From: an uncultured virus (IMG/VR IMGVR_UViG_3300022198_000005)
Taxonomy: Duplodnaviria; Heunggongvirae; Uroviricota; Caudoviricetes
Direction: 5' to 3' (one strand)
DNA: 64,000 bases
Virus record (IMG/VR): IMGVR_UViG_3300022198_000005
Shown here: positions 27,524 to 37,037 of the stretch, in pieces
Position numbering within the stretch: the stretch's first letter is position 1
Layout of the letters: each line of letters starts with the position of its first letter
Program-made: the position numbers and the translations under genes
Notes under the pieces: generated by a model
Told to the model about the DNA's origin: nothing
The model's input: the letters and a program-made list of their open reading frames with translations, nothing else
The model's database searches: none

Positions 27524-28107
27524 TCTAAAAATTCACTTAAGTCAGAATCTAATGATAACTTACGACGAGCTTTCTTTTCTTGCGAGATATACTCTTTCAC
27601 GTTTCGATCTGTCTCTTTTACTCGTTCGATCCTTCGACGAAGTGATTCTACAACCATCTCTGACTTTTCAAGGTCATCGGTGCCAAAGACTTCGCTCAGA
27701 TCGATCTTGCTCAGGTAAGACATCTTAATATCTTGTTGACGTTTTTCTTTAGCGATCCTTCGTAAGAAAGCATACCACGTGATTTGAGTAAAATACGCAA
27801 AGGCGTTCGGTTTGCCCGTACGAGTAGCTGTTTCTAAGTTATAGTTATGGATCGCTTTGAGACAGTTCTCTACAGCATCCATCACCATCTCTTCACGATA
27901 AGTGTAACGAATAAAGTTAGACTTATGTGATAGACCTTCTGCGATACGCAAGAAACATTCAGCGATATAGTTAGGGATCACTGGTACTTGTTTCTTAGCT
28001 TTCTTTGCTGCGCCAGCTTCTTTGACGTATTCTACTACTGCCAATGAGAAGTCTGAGTTGTTTACATAATGAACATTCTCTTTTTTATTCATGTTCACTC
28101 CTTTCAT
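27520..28107 (-). CDS. gp55: Late-transcription sigma factor
   Basis: HYVNN, NFIRYTYREEM and NAFAYFTQI; alternative start at 28092. Confidence 0.95.
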   Translation of the reverse strand: MKGVNMNKKENVHYVNNSDFSLAVVEYVKEAGAAKKAKKQVPVIPNYIAECFLRIAEGLSHKSNFIRYTYREEMVMDAVENCLKAIHNYNLETATRTGKPNAFAYFTQITWYAFLRRIAKEKRQQDIKMSYLSKIDLSEVFGTDDLEKSEMVVESLRRRIERVKETDRNVKEYISQEKKARRKLSLDSDLSEFLE

Positions 28108-28112
28108 GCTGT

Positions 28113-28141
28113 ATTATACCATAGTTTTCTGTTCATGTACA
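28113..28141 (-). promoter_or_regulatory. T4-type early promoter for gp55
   Basis: TGTACA-N17-TATAAT. Confidence 0.8.
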
Positions 28142-28166
28142 CCCAGATCAATTGGGAAAAAACCGG

Positions 28167-28195
28167 TTTACAAGTATTAAAAAATGGTGTATAAT
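28167..28195 (+). promoter_or_regulatory. Plus-strand sigma70-type promoter with no downstream plus-strand gene
   Basis: GTTTACA-N17-TATAAT, divergent from the gp55 promoter. Confidence 0.6.
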
Positions 28196-28229
28196 CCTTT
28201 TAATACCCGGAGGGGAGAGAAGATACCCT

Positions 28230-28625
28230 TCAATGTAGATTCTTTTTCATAAGATCTGGTACTCCGCCATCATCTTCCATTACATCTTTCATAAAGTCTT
28301 TAAGAGCTTTACTAAAATCTTCACCGTCGTCGCGCGACGTACGAGTCACATTCTTTATATCATCAATCTGGTCTGTATAGTGCTTGATCATCTCTTCGGT
28401 TGGCTCAAGCTCGCACAAGATATGTTTTGTATTTATCGTCACCTCAACGTCGTCTTGAAAGGTCATGAATGGCCGAAAGTAATAACCTCTAATTCCTCGA
28501 CGCGGATCCTCAAATTGAAGGACACGTACAGCGTTAGTAACGATTAACTTATTCTCTTCGTGCCAAACTACTTGGCATACGATCTCATCGTCATTCGTAA
28601 GTTTAAACTGTTTAATCAGCATCAA
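28230..28625 (-). CDS. Conserved T4-like phage hypothetical protein
   Basis: KQFKLTNDDEIVC; position between uvsW and gp55. Confidence 0.75.
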   Translation of the reverse strand: MMLIKQFKLTNDDEIVCQVVWHEENKLIVTNAVRVLQFEDPRRGIRGYYFRPFMTFQDDVEVTINTKHILCELEPTEEMIKHYTDQIDDIKNVTRTSRDDGEDFSKALKDFMKDVMEDDGGVPDLMKKNLH

Positions 28626-30105
28626 TCTTTACCTCGTAAGTCTTATGATCGAAACGCTCACTCTCATAGATCTTCAACCTTTCTAGAGAATGGAGTAACG
28701 CGAAGTTTTGTTTTGACTTCCATGTCATATCATCACTGATGTCGATGAGTTTTGTTGGTCGACCATCATCGCTCTTTCTCAAGCCTCGACCAATACTCTG
28801 CAACACTCTAATCTGCGACTTCGATGGTGATGCAAATATAATATTATGTAAGTTCCTTATATTTATGCCTGTTGAAAACACACCCATTGAGGCGACGATG
28901 ATAGCATCTTTTTGAGTCTCAGTGAGTTTACGAATCGCTTCTCGATCTTCTGTATCAGTTGATCCTGAGACAAAGAACACCTTACGATCTTCTGCTGCTT
29001 TACTCCGTACCATGTCGTAGAGAGGTTTGCCATGCTTCTCTACGTATTGAAAGAGGAGCAGTGTATTACCTTGTTGGTCGAGAGTAAGGTTTCGAATCAA
29101 CTTATTTCGTTTAGGATTACGTACGATAAAGTCAATCTCATCTTGGTACTCTAAACCAACGTTCGCTTTACACACCTTATCATCATACTTGAGTACAAGC
29201 CGAGTGATGTGAAGCTGTGCAAGAGTATCGTTATCTTGTAGTTCGCGTGTAGTCGTGACCTTAAATGTCTTACCGAATAGACCCTGCAACACGAGCTCAT
29301 GCGTTAAAGAACCATCTAATGTGCCTGTGGTGCCAAATCGATACTCAGCCTCAGTACACTTCTCCATGATAGTAGTCAACGACTTGGATTTAAATCCATG
29401 GCATTCATCTCCAAACACAGCGCCGAACTGCGTGAACCATGCCTGAGGGAACTTATAGATCGACTGCCAAGTAGAGATGTATACTCGCGAGTCTGCTTCT
29501 TTATCTTTGCCTGAATAGATCCTATGACATTCAGACTCTGAATTAAACGTATCGTTTGCTGCGTACTCTTTAAAATCTCCGTACATCTGTTCGACGAGAG
29601 ACGTGGTGGGTACGATTACCAATACTTTTTGATTCGTATTTTCAAGGTACCAACGAATCAGCGTATATATGATAAGAGATTTTCCGGAACCGGTGGGAGA
29701 TACGAGGATACCACGTTTACGATGGATGGCTGTGCATACAGCATCAAACTGATAGTCGCGAATAGCCCAAGGAAGGTTAAGACTTTGAACATATGACATG
29801 ATCTCCTGTGCATTAACTTTATTTGCAGAGTCTGGACTGCCATAGTCCCCTTTGACAGACTCAAGTTCATAGCCTCTTTGTTCTGCAAACTTTAAGAGGT
29901 GATAGTATAACCCTGCAGGTAGACTACAGTTACGCTGGTTGTACAGTCTGATCTTTCCGTCCCATACTCGATTGCGATAAGCGGGCATAAACTTATACCC
30001 AGGGACATAAAAAGAAAAATGCTCGTTGAGCTCAGCCGAAGTACCAGATTCGCAATACACGCCTAAAGTGGCGTGGTTTAATTTCCAGACTCGAATTTTT
30101 TCCAT
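28612..30105 (-). CDS. uvsW: DNA helicase UvsW
   Basis: PTGSGKS, DECH, TGT and QSIGRGLR. Confidence 0.97.
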   Translation of the reverse strand: MEKIRVWKLNHATLGVYCESGTSAELNEHFSFYVPGYKFMPAYRNRVWDGKIRLYNQRNCSLPAGLYYHLLKFAEQRGYELESVKGDYGSPDSANKVNAQEIMSYVQSLNLPWAIRDYQFDAVCTAIHRKRGILVSPTGSGKSLIIYTLIRWYLENTNQKVLVIVPTTSLVEQMYGDFKEYAANDTFNSESECHRIYSGKDKEADSRVYISTWQSIYKFPQAWFTQFGAVFGDECHGFKSKSLTTIMEKCTEAEYRFGTTGTLDGSLTHELVLQGLFGKTFKVTTTRELQDNDTLAQLHITRLVLKYDDKVCKANVGLEYQDEIDFIVRNPKRNKLIRNLTLDQQGNTLLLFQYVEKHGKPLYDMVRSKAAEDRKVFFVSGSTDTEDREAIRKLTETQKDAIIVASMGVFSTGINIRNLHNIIFASPSKSQIRVLQSIGRGLRKSDDGRPTKLIDISDDMTWKSKQNFALLHSLERLKIYESERFDHKTYEVKIDAD

Positions 30106-30527
30106 TCAATAATATTTCTTATGTTTTGGTGTCGCCATTTGATATTATCTATGATGTCTTGCAAAGAGTCAATCGTGGTCTTATAGTAGTGGATCTTCTC
30201 TTCAGACTTCTGAATGTCAATGTCTGACTCATAGTAATAGTCCATGTCACCCTTTAAAGGCTTCACAAGACCATTGAACGGATCAGCAGCCCAACCTCTG
30301 TCTTTGAGATCTTCTTCTGCTAGCTTACCATTGTAGTATAGCCACTTATCTTTCAACAACTCTTTCTGCTTGAACTCTGCTCGCTTAAGCATAAGCTTAT
30401 AGTTAGCCATCAAGTTTAGATACTTAGAGTGAAGCTTAGCCGAATTGCGGCTTGCTTCATCAAGCTTCATGCCATCGATCAAGCAGTCGTTAGCCCACTC
30501 ATCCAAGATGGTTTGAAGATCCATCAT
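30078..30527 (-). CDS. uvsY: Recombination mediator UvsY
   Basis: LHSKYL and IRNIIEWKKF; synteny. Confidence 0.9.
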   Translation of the reverse strand: MMDLQTILDEWANDCLIDGMKLDEASRNSAKLHSKYLNLMANYKLMLKRAEFKQKELLKDKWLYYNGKLAEEDLKDRGWAADPFNGLVKPLKGDMDYYYESDIDIQKSEEKIHYYKTTIDSLQDIIDNIKWRHQNIRNIIEWKKFESGN

Positions 30528-30539
30528 GATATAACTCCA

Positions 30540-31094
30540 TTATAAAGATTGTGTTACTGTAAAAGATTCGGTGATAGCACCAGTAGTCTTATTTACACTC
30601 AATAGTTCAAAGTAAGTGAATCGAAATGATGCATTAAACGTGATGAACTCAGATCCAGTCGCAGTTGACTCGAACTGAACATCTCCTAATGCTGTAGGGA
30701 TACAGTCACGATACCTTATCTGTTTGGTCGTCGTATTGGCGCTCGATAAGATATGTAATGTGATGTCTGCGGTGTGAGGAGGAGTACCTCTTGTCCTTTG
30801 TAACGGTGAACGCATGTCTTCGTCCAGTAGCCTACGAATCCAACTATACATCTCTTGATACCCGATCATATCTTCGTCTAAGATGACATTGGCCGAAAGC
30901 TCGTTAAAGGTGAGTTTGTCTCCAGGGAATGGGATGCCCGTGATTTTTCTGAAAGGCAACTCAGCAGCATTCATGATCATGCCAGGATGCGTAACATTCT
31001 GACAGAAAAATTCCAAGTTAGGATAATTCTTCCGGTCAAGCACGAGCTTGAAGGAAGTCGGTTGGAGATAATTGATATTAGTTGTGAGTGCCAT
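30540..31094 (-). CDS. gp3: Tail tube terminator / tail completion protein
   Basis: NYLQP..F, PGDKL and LDEDM..Y.E..W; synteny. Confidence 0.85.
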   Translation of the reverse strand: MALTTNINYLQPTSFKLVLDRKNYPNLEFFCQNVTHPGMIMNAAELPFRKITGIPFPGDKLTFNELSANVILDEDMIGYQEMYSWIRRLLDEDMRSPLQRTRGTPPHTADITLHILSSANTTTKQIRYRDCIPTALGDVQFESTATGSEFITFNASFRFTYFELLSVNKTTGAITESFTVTQSL

Positions 31095-31099
31095 AGCTA

Positions 31100-31107
31100 T
31101 ATTTATA
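31100..31107 (-). promoter_or_regulatory. T4 late promoter for gp3 (probably leaderless)
   Basis: TATAAATA 5 nt before the ATG; a TGGTATAAT lies just upstream. Confidence 0.75.
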
Positions 31108-31126
31108 CATTATACCATAACCTCAT

Positions 31127-31158
31127 AAAAAAAGGAACCCCCTTTCGAGGGTTCCTTT
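31127..31158 (-). terminator. Rho-independent terminator after gp23
   Basis: AAAGGAACCCTC-GAAA-GGGGGTTCC followed by a T-run. Confidence 0.9.
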
Positions 31159-31187
31159 GAAAGGCCTTTTGCAGGCTCTTTTTACTC

Positions 31188-32534
31188 TTAGGCGAGGATG
31201 TTGTCCACGCGGAAGATACGGTAGTACTGGTTAGTACGAGCAGCTGCGAGGCCGTCGCGACCAGACATGTTGCCAACGTCCACGAAGGGGTTGGAAACCA
31301 TACCGTAGCGGGTCTTAAAGCCGATCTTCGGCTGGAAGGTGTTCTCACCAACGGCACGAACCATCGTCAGAGGAACGTACGGGCAGTAGAACATACCAGC
31401 GTCATAGGGGTTAGTACCCTTGTAGCCGACGGTGACATAGTCAGTCGTGGCATACGGATCGATGTAAACGCGAGTGCGACCGTTCAAAACACCAGCGAAG
31501 GTGTTACCGGTGTCGTCAACGCTCAGGCTGGTAGACATTGCAGGAGCGTAGTCCAACATACCAGAAGCGGCCAAGGCAGAAGCGACGTCAGAAGAGCAAA
31601 CCAGGAAGTTGCCCTTACCACGACGGGTTTCTTTAGCGATAACGTTAGCTTCGCGCTCGATCTGGATGATCAAGCCCTTGAACTTCTCAACGCTCCAACG
31701 GCCATCGGCGTCGGTAGAGAGGTTGAAGATACCGTTGACTTGCAGACCAGATTGGCGAGCACCAATCTTAGCTTGCGAGTTCATGGTACGAACGACTTCG
31801 CGGTTGATTTCAGCCAAGATCTCGGTAGAGAGGATGTTGGCCAATTCGGTTTCGGCATCCAGACCATGGATTGCTTTCAGGTCTTGTGCCAATTCCAAGC
31901 TGTACTCAGCTTTCAGCGCACGGCTCTTAGCAGTAACCGTGGCTTTTTCGATGGTGAAGCCCATCTCAGCGAAGTCACGAGAACCGCCGTCACCCAAACC
32001 TTCAGCTTCAGTCGTGCTGTACAGGTCAGGCGTACGAGGAACGTAAGCACCGCCAGAGTCAACGATAGAGCTGTCAGCGTTAGTATCGCTAACACCTTCC
32101 AGACCAGACGTGCCACCGTTAGCAGTGGTGTCAGAGTCGGCAGAGAAGCCAACGGCTGCTTCGTCAAACAAAGCTTCGGTGTTAACACCAACGCCAGACT
32201 TGACGTTCTTGTAGCGAGCGCGCATTGCGAAGATCAAGCCGGTAGGGCCAGTCATCGGCTGAACGCCGCACATGTCGTAAGCCATGAGGTTAGGCATAGC
32301 ACGACGGACCAAAGCGATCAACACGGGATCCCAGTTAGCGGCAGCCGTGGTAACGTTGGTGGGGGCTTCCGACAACATACCCATTTGGGCACGCTGCTCA
32401 GCGAAAGCACGTTCTTGGTTTTCAAGGATCTGAGCCGTAACAGCTTTACGGTGTGAATCCTTAATTGATCCGGCTGACTCTTCGTTCAGGACCGGTGCCC
32501 ATTTTTCAATGAGCTTGTCATAAGACTGTTGCAT
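31188..32534 (-). CDS. gp23: Major capsid protein
   Basis: GVQPMTGPTGLIFAMR, ELAQDLKAIHGLDAE, FYCPYVPL and GFKTRYG. Confidence 0.99.
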   Translation of the reverse strand: MQQSYDKLIEKWAPVLNEESAGSIKDSHRKAVTAQILENQERAFAEQRAQMGMLSEAPTNVTTAAANWDPVLIALVRRAMPNLMAYDMCGVQPMTGPTGLIFAMRARYKNVKSGVGVNTEALFDEAAVGFSADSDTTANGGTSGLEGVSDTNADSSIVDSGGAYVPRTPDLYSTTEAEGLGDGGSRDFAEMGFTIEKATVTAKSRALKAEYSLELAQDLKAIHGLDAETELANILSTEILAEINREVVRTMNSQAKIGARQSGLQVNGIFNLSTDADGRWSVEKFKGLIIQIEREANVIAKETRRGKGNFLVCSSDVASALAASGMLDYAPAMSTSLSVDDTGNTFAGVLNGRTRVYIDPYATTDYVTVGYKGTNPYDAGMFYCPYVPLTMVRAVGENTFQPKIGFKTRYGMVSNPFVDVGNMSGRDGLAAARTNQYYRIFRVDNILA

Positions 32535-32547
32535 TTGGAATTACTCC

Positions 32548-33612
32548 TTACTTATTAGCAGTTTTCTTCAAGGCTGAGAGGTACTGAGCCATCGAACCAG
32601 TAGGAGCGACAACGGTTTCACCGTCTTCGTCTTCTTGGATCTCTTGAGCAGACTCGGTAGCAGACTTCTTCGTGAAGTATGACTCTTTGACGGTCTGGAC
32701 TTTCTTAGCGAAAGTTTCAGCATCTTCAAAGTCGATGTCTTCAACCAAAGACTTCAGCTTCTCAACTTGTGTTTCGGCGAGGTCACGAGCAGACTCGCGG
32801 ATGATAGCATCACGCTTGTAAGTCTCGAGCTCTTCAGCCATGCGGATAGCGTCAGCAGTAGTTGAGTTGAGCTTCTGCTCAAGATCATCAACTGTTTCAG
32901 CCAATTCGTCAACCAGGTCAACCTTACCTTCGGGAACTTCGATGTAAGACTCAGTGAACAGGTCTTTCAGACCAGTCATGAACTTCTCAGCGATCTCAGT
33001 GCGAAGACCGGTTTGGATAGCGACTTTGTTGTCTTCCATCCATTTTTCAACAACGTAGTTCAGATAGCTGTCAACTTTCTCGACGAGATCTTCCTTCGTA
33101 GACTTGACTTCTTCAGCCAACTCTTCGTTGTACTTCTCTTCGAGTCTGTCGATCTCTTCGCTCAGCTTCGATTTAATCGCAGCTTGGAAGATAACTTCAG
33201 CTTTATCTTTGAACTCTTCAGACAGTGTAGCTTCACCCTCGACAAGAGCTTTCAGGTCATCAGAGAAGTCGGCTTGATAAGCAATCTGTTGCTCTTCAGC
33301 AACAACAGCGTCTTCGCCTTCGGTCTCTTCAGCCATAATCTTGCTCATAAGAATAGCAAGATCTTCTTTCTTCATGCCAGACATCTTGGTGTAAGCAGCA
33401 TTAATCATGCCAGCTTTGGTACCAGGAAGTTTTTGCATTGGGTCTTGTTTCGTGCTAGACTTAGGCAACTTCTTTGCAGTAGGTGCTTTATCGCCAGCAG
33501 CGGCAACAGATGCTACAGACTGAGCTTCAGCATTTTTGGGATCGTGGCCTTCTTCCATAACTTCGTTGTCGTCATGGAGCTCGACTTCTTGATCCATCTG
33601 ATCTTTAGCCAT
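32548..33612 (-). CDS. gp22: Prohead core scaffold protein
   Basis: LSEEFK.KA..IF and KVDSYLNYVVEKW; start set at MAKDQ with AGGAG RBS. Confidence 0.93.
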   Translation of the reverse strand: MAKDQMDQEVELHDDNEVMEEGHDPKNAEAQSVASVAAAGDKAPTAKKLPKSSTKQDPMQKLPGTKAGMINAAYTKMSGMKKEDLAILMSKIMAEETEGEDAVVAEEQQIAYQADFSDDLKALVEGEATLSEEFKDKAEVIFQAAIKSKLSEEIDRLEEKYNEELAEEVKSTKEDLVEKVDSYLNYVVEKWMEDNKVAIQTGLRTEIAEKFMTGLKDLFTESYIEVPEGKVDLVDELAETVDDLEQKLNSTTADAIRMAEELETYKRDAIIRESARDLAETQVEKLKSLVEDIDFEDAETFAKKVQTVKESYFTKKSATESAQEIQEDEDGETVVAPTGSMAQYLSALKKTANK

Positions 33613-33622
33613 GTAGGACTCC

Positions 33623-34282
33623 TTATTTTCTAGTTTTGAGCAACGAGAGGAAATTTTTGAACTCACGAACCTGGGCCTCATAGAGTCCCTTACGCGGAGC
33701 TTTTCTAATTTCAGTCTCCATCTTTTCAATTGTCCTAGCTTCAATGATACCGTTATTCCAGACCCACTCTACACCTTCCATAATCCCATTTACAAAAGCT
33801 CCAGGTGCTGATGGATCTTGCACGATGTCAATCGCGTTCAGAAGAAAGTCGTTCTTGACGACATTCACGTTACCTTGACGCATTAGACTTCCCATACCAC
33901 GAGTTGAAACCCCTAGTTGAACACCGCCTTCGAGCAGACCTTGAACGATCTTGCCCATTGGAGTATCCAAAATAGTGGCCTTTCCGATAACATCGTTTCC
34001 TCTCCAATCCAAGGATTCGATCTTATGCGAAACTTTATCAAGGTTGACTGTTGGGCCTTCCGGGTGGTTCAGCTCTCCAACAGCACGACCTTTTGCAACC
34101 TGCTCGGTAACATACTTACCAACAGCAGATTCCATGATTTGTCGGGGATAAATGCGATGATTTCTATTTGCTTGTTCAGCTTGCGCAAAGATGCCTTCGA
34201 TGGTATACTTCTTACCACCGCCTTCTTTGGCTTCGGTCAGCACTTCAATATGCTGATCTGTAAACTCCGCAATAAGTTTCAT
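33623..34282 (-). CDS. gp21: Prohead protease
   Basis: NRNHRIY, GELNHP, GVSTRGMGS and DPSAP. Confidence 0.97.
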   Translation of the reverse strand: MKLIAEFTDQHIEVLTEAKEGGGKKYTIEGIFAQAEQANRNHRIYPRQIMESAVGKYVTEQVAKGRAVGELNHPEGPTVNLDKVSHKIESLDWRGNDVIGKATILDTPMGKIVQGLLEGGVQLGVSTRGMGSLMRQGNVNVVKNDFLLNAIDIVQDPSAPGAFVNGIMEGVEWVWNNGIIEARTIEKMETEIRKAPRKGLYEAQVREFKNFLSLLKTRK

Positions 34283-34283
34283 C

Positions 34284-34481
34284 TTAATCCCTATATTGTT
34301 TAATGAATTCCGTAGCAGCTTTCACTGCATCGTTCTGTGTCCTAAAGCTATCAAGCATATCTCCATCGACATACGCTTCAAAGTTGCCAGAACTCTTACG
34401 AACTTCAACCGAAAAACCGTTTATTTTTTTCGAATAAACGGGTTTTTCCTTCTTACCTCTTACGTCACGAAATGATTTCAT
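34284..34481 (-). CDS. Small prohead core protein (gp68-like position)
   Basis: 65-aa ORF between gp20 and gp21, behind a late promoter. Confidence 0.6.
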   Translation of the reverse strand: MKSFRDVRGKKEKPVYSKKINGFSVEVRKSSGNFEAYVDGDMLDSFRTQNDAVKAATEFIKQYRD

Positions 34482-34500
34482 ATCTTGACATTCTGCTAAT

Positions 34501-34508
34501 TATTTATA
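34501..34508 (-). promoter_or_regulatory. T4 late promoter
   Basis: TATAAATA upstream of the head-assembly genes. Confidence 0.8.
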
Positions 34509-34526
34509 ATAAAATGAATTTAGACT

Positions 34527-34817
34527 TTACTTTTCTTCGTCTTCTTCAGTATCTTCTTCGTCGACCTCGAGATCTTCATCGTCGACCTCAGGAGCGTCTT
34601 CAAGCTCTGCATCGATCTCTTCGTCGCTCATATCAGCCAGTGCATCATCATCTTCTTCTGCCTCTTGGCCATTATAGATCTGACCTGCAAGGTTGACCTT
34701 CATCTGATCAAGCACGTCTTGAGTTTTGATGGTCATTACCTGACCAAAGACTTCACTCGCCTTATTATAGTCCTGATCCAACGCATATTGGATTAGTTCT
34801 TTGACATTATCATTCAT
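34527..34817 (-). CDS. Acidic prohead core protein (gp67-like)
   Basis: Follows the portal gene; strongly acidic C-terminus. Confidence 0.65.
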   Translation of the reverse strand: MNDNVKELIQYALDQDYNKASEVFGQVMTIKTQDVLDQMKVNLAGQIYNGQEAEEDDDALADMSDEEIDAELEDAPEVDDEDLEVDEEDTEEDEEK

Positions 34818-36433
34818 TTAACTCTCCTAAAGCTTTCTGTTTGTGCAGTCGGGAATCCTCCTGCTTCTTCACCGGCTGGTTGTGCTGCTGGTTGAGGAGC
34901 TTGACCAGGAGCTCCGCCCTGTGCTTGCTCTTCCTCACCATCAGAAATTTCACCAGACTTCTTCTCATCCTCAATCTGCTTCTTGATGTCTTCAACTTCA
35001 TCGTCAGTAAACATAAGGACATTTTTATAGATGAACTCTTTCGAGAAGAATTCACCAATATAGTTTTGCATCTGATCTAACATCGTGACACGTTCACGTA
35101 ACAACTCTGCATCACGTAGTTCAGTGAAGTGGTTATCACGAACATAGTCGATAGCAATGTCGTTCTTCCACTCGTTCCAGTCTTCTTCAGTGATAATACC
35201 TTTGAGGATCAACTGCTTCTTCAATACACCATAGAACAGATGCGCAAACCTTCTACGGATACGATCGATAAACTTCTGGAACTTTAACTCATCACGGTTG
35301 ATCTCAGTCGATCTACCAAGTGAGAACTGTGCTTCTTGTTCGAGACGATTGATAGGTACGTTTAATGAACGATACAGCTTCTTTTGGAAATAGATGATGT
35401 CATCGATCTGCCCTAGGTTCTCACCGCCAGGCAACGTGGTGATCTCAGTACCACGACCGCCTTCTCTACGTGGAAGCCAAAAATCTTCTAACATTGACAT
35501 GTGTTTACGATCATCTCTGATCTCACCTGTCTTTGCATCATAGACAAGTTTATTACGATACTTGGCCATGATGTTCTTCATGTACTCTTCAGCTTTACCC
35601 TTTGGCAAGTTGCCCACGTCAATATAGAAGATACGACGCTCAGGCGCACGAGCAAGACGATAGATGACCAACGAGTCTTCCATCATACGCAATTGGTTGA
35701 TAGGCTTGAGTGCCTTATGCAGGTATGATACGACCTTCTTACGATCTTCTGACAACAAACCAGAAGTCACATAGCTCACAGAGTCATTCGTAAGCTTTAC
35801 ACCACCTGTTTGCGCGCCGGGTTTTTCTTGATAGATGTAGAACTCTTCAACGTTTTCAATGAGTTCAACACCAGATGTAGGATCTTTCTTCTTCTTAACC
35901 TGTTTGACTTTACGAATCTTAGACGCGTCGATAGGACGAATCTCTTGAATGCCTGCCTTGAGGTTAGACTCATTCACGACCAAATGATGGTACAACCTAC
36001 CATCAACATACCATCTCTTAAAGATGTCATGACCATACTCACCAAAATCGAGCATAGCATATACGTTATCAAACTCTTCTTTGATCTGCTTCTTGATAGC
36101 ATCTGAAACTTCAACGTTGTCTAAGTTAATATCAACGTTTTGTTGAAGCTCTGAGGAACTGATCGACTCATTGACGATGTCTTCGATCGCCATATCAACT
36201 TCAGGATGAGTCGCGACTCCTCTGTACTGCATGATCAGCTGATGGTTGTCTTTCGATTCATCACCATCAATATTAAGATACTGACCAAAGTACGCACCAC
36301 TGGCAGTCACATAGCCAGCCCCGTCGTCATCACGCGCTGGAACGATAGACGGCTTTTTCTTTGGGTCTTCTAACCCATCCTTTGCCCTCTTTATCTCAAA
36401 ACCAAATAATTTAATCGATCTATTGTCTGCCAT
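34814..36433 (-). CDS. gp20: Portal protein
   Basis: WYVDGR, YRLARAPERRIFYIDVG and EDFWLPRREGGRGTEI. Confidence 0.98.
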   Translation of the reverse strand: MADNRSIKLFGFEIKRAKDGLEDPKKKPSIVPARDDDGAGYVTASGAYFGQYLNIDGDESKDNHQLIMQYRGVATHPEVDMAIEDIVNESISSSELQQNVDINLDNVEVSDAIKKQIKEEFDNVYAMLDFGEYGHDIFKRWYVDGRLYHHLVVNESNLKAGIQEIRPIDASKIRKVKQVKKKKDPTSGVELIENVEEFYIYQEKPGAQTGGVKLTNDSVSYVTSGLLSEDRKKVVSYLHKALKPINQLRMMEDSLVIYRLARAPERRIFYIDVGNLPKGKAEEYMKNIMAKYRNKLVYDAKTGEIRDDRKHMSMLEDFWLPRREGGRGTEITTLPGGENLGQIDDIIYFQKKLYRSLNVPINRLEQEAQFSLGRSTEINRDELKFQKFIDRIRRRFAHLFYGVLKKQLILKGIITEEDWNEWKNDIAIDYVRDNHFTELRDAELLRERVTMLDQMQNYIGEFFSKEFIYKNVLMFTDDEVEDIKKQIEDEKKSGEISDGEEEQAQGGAPGQAPQPAAQPAGEEAGGFPTAQTESFRRVK

Positions 36434-36486
36434 TTAAAATCCTTTGAAGATCAGGGAGTTTCCTCCCCGATCTATCTATCGAACGA

Positions 36487-37014
36487 TTAAGACGTCGTAT
36501 CAGACTCGAAGTACTGATAGGCGAATGTTACCTGAAAACGCTCAATCTCATCAACCGCAGCATAGCTCACGTCGATCGCAGACAACTCTTGAGGGAATGA
36601 ACCTCTAAAAGTATATCGCTTCAACACGTTACCGCTACGATCAAGCTGATCAACGAATAGATCAGCTTCGTATGCGATTGGGCTTGCAAGACCGGTATTC
36701 GCTGAGTGCGAATTGATACCGTTCATCCAACGCTCCATCGCGTTACGTACCTGAAAGTCAGTATCGTTGATGATGGTGACTGTCCATTCAGGGAATGTAC
36801 GATCACCTGCCATCTTTAAGATACGACCGCGGAACGGTACGTTGATGACACCAAACGTTGAACCAGGCAACTGAGCTGCTTCGCACAAGAACGAAGTCAG
36901 TTCAGCATCTCCACCAGCATAACCTGGGAAGTTGATGGTCGCCTTAAACAGGTTAGGTCTAGCGCCACCGCCTCTGAGCTTTGACTTAAAATCGTCAACT
37001 CCTAAAATTGCCAT
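36487..37014 (-). CDS. gp19: Tail tube protein
   Basis: GGARPNLF and GDRTFPEWTVT. Confidence 0.96.
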   Translation of the reverse strand: MAILGVDDFKSKLRGGGARPNLFKATINFPGYAGGDAELTSFLCEAAQLPGSTFGVINVPFRGRILKMAGDRTFPEWTVTIINDTDFQVRNAMERWMNGINSHSANTGLASPIAYEADLFVDQLDRSGNVLKRYTFRGSFPQELSAIDVSYAAVDEIERFQVTFAYQYFESDTTS

Positions 37015-37037
37015 TTTATTTCTCCTATGACGCTAGA

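Noticed and set aside
31609..33633. Long plus-strand ORFs opposite gp23 and gp22 (145-238 aa)
   Set aside because: Antisense shadows of strongly codon-biased genes; no RBS, promoter or recognisable motifs
36451..36470. GAAA-loop hairpin between gp19 and gp20 as a terminator
   Set aside because: No U-tract follows; more likely an mRNA stability or processing stem
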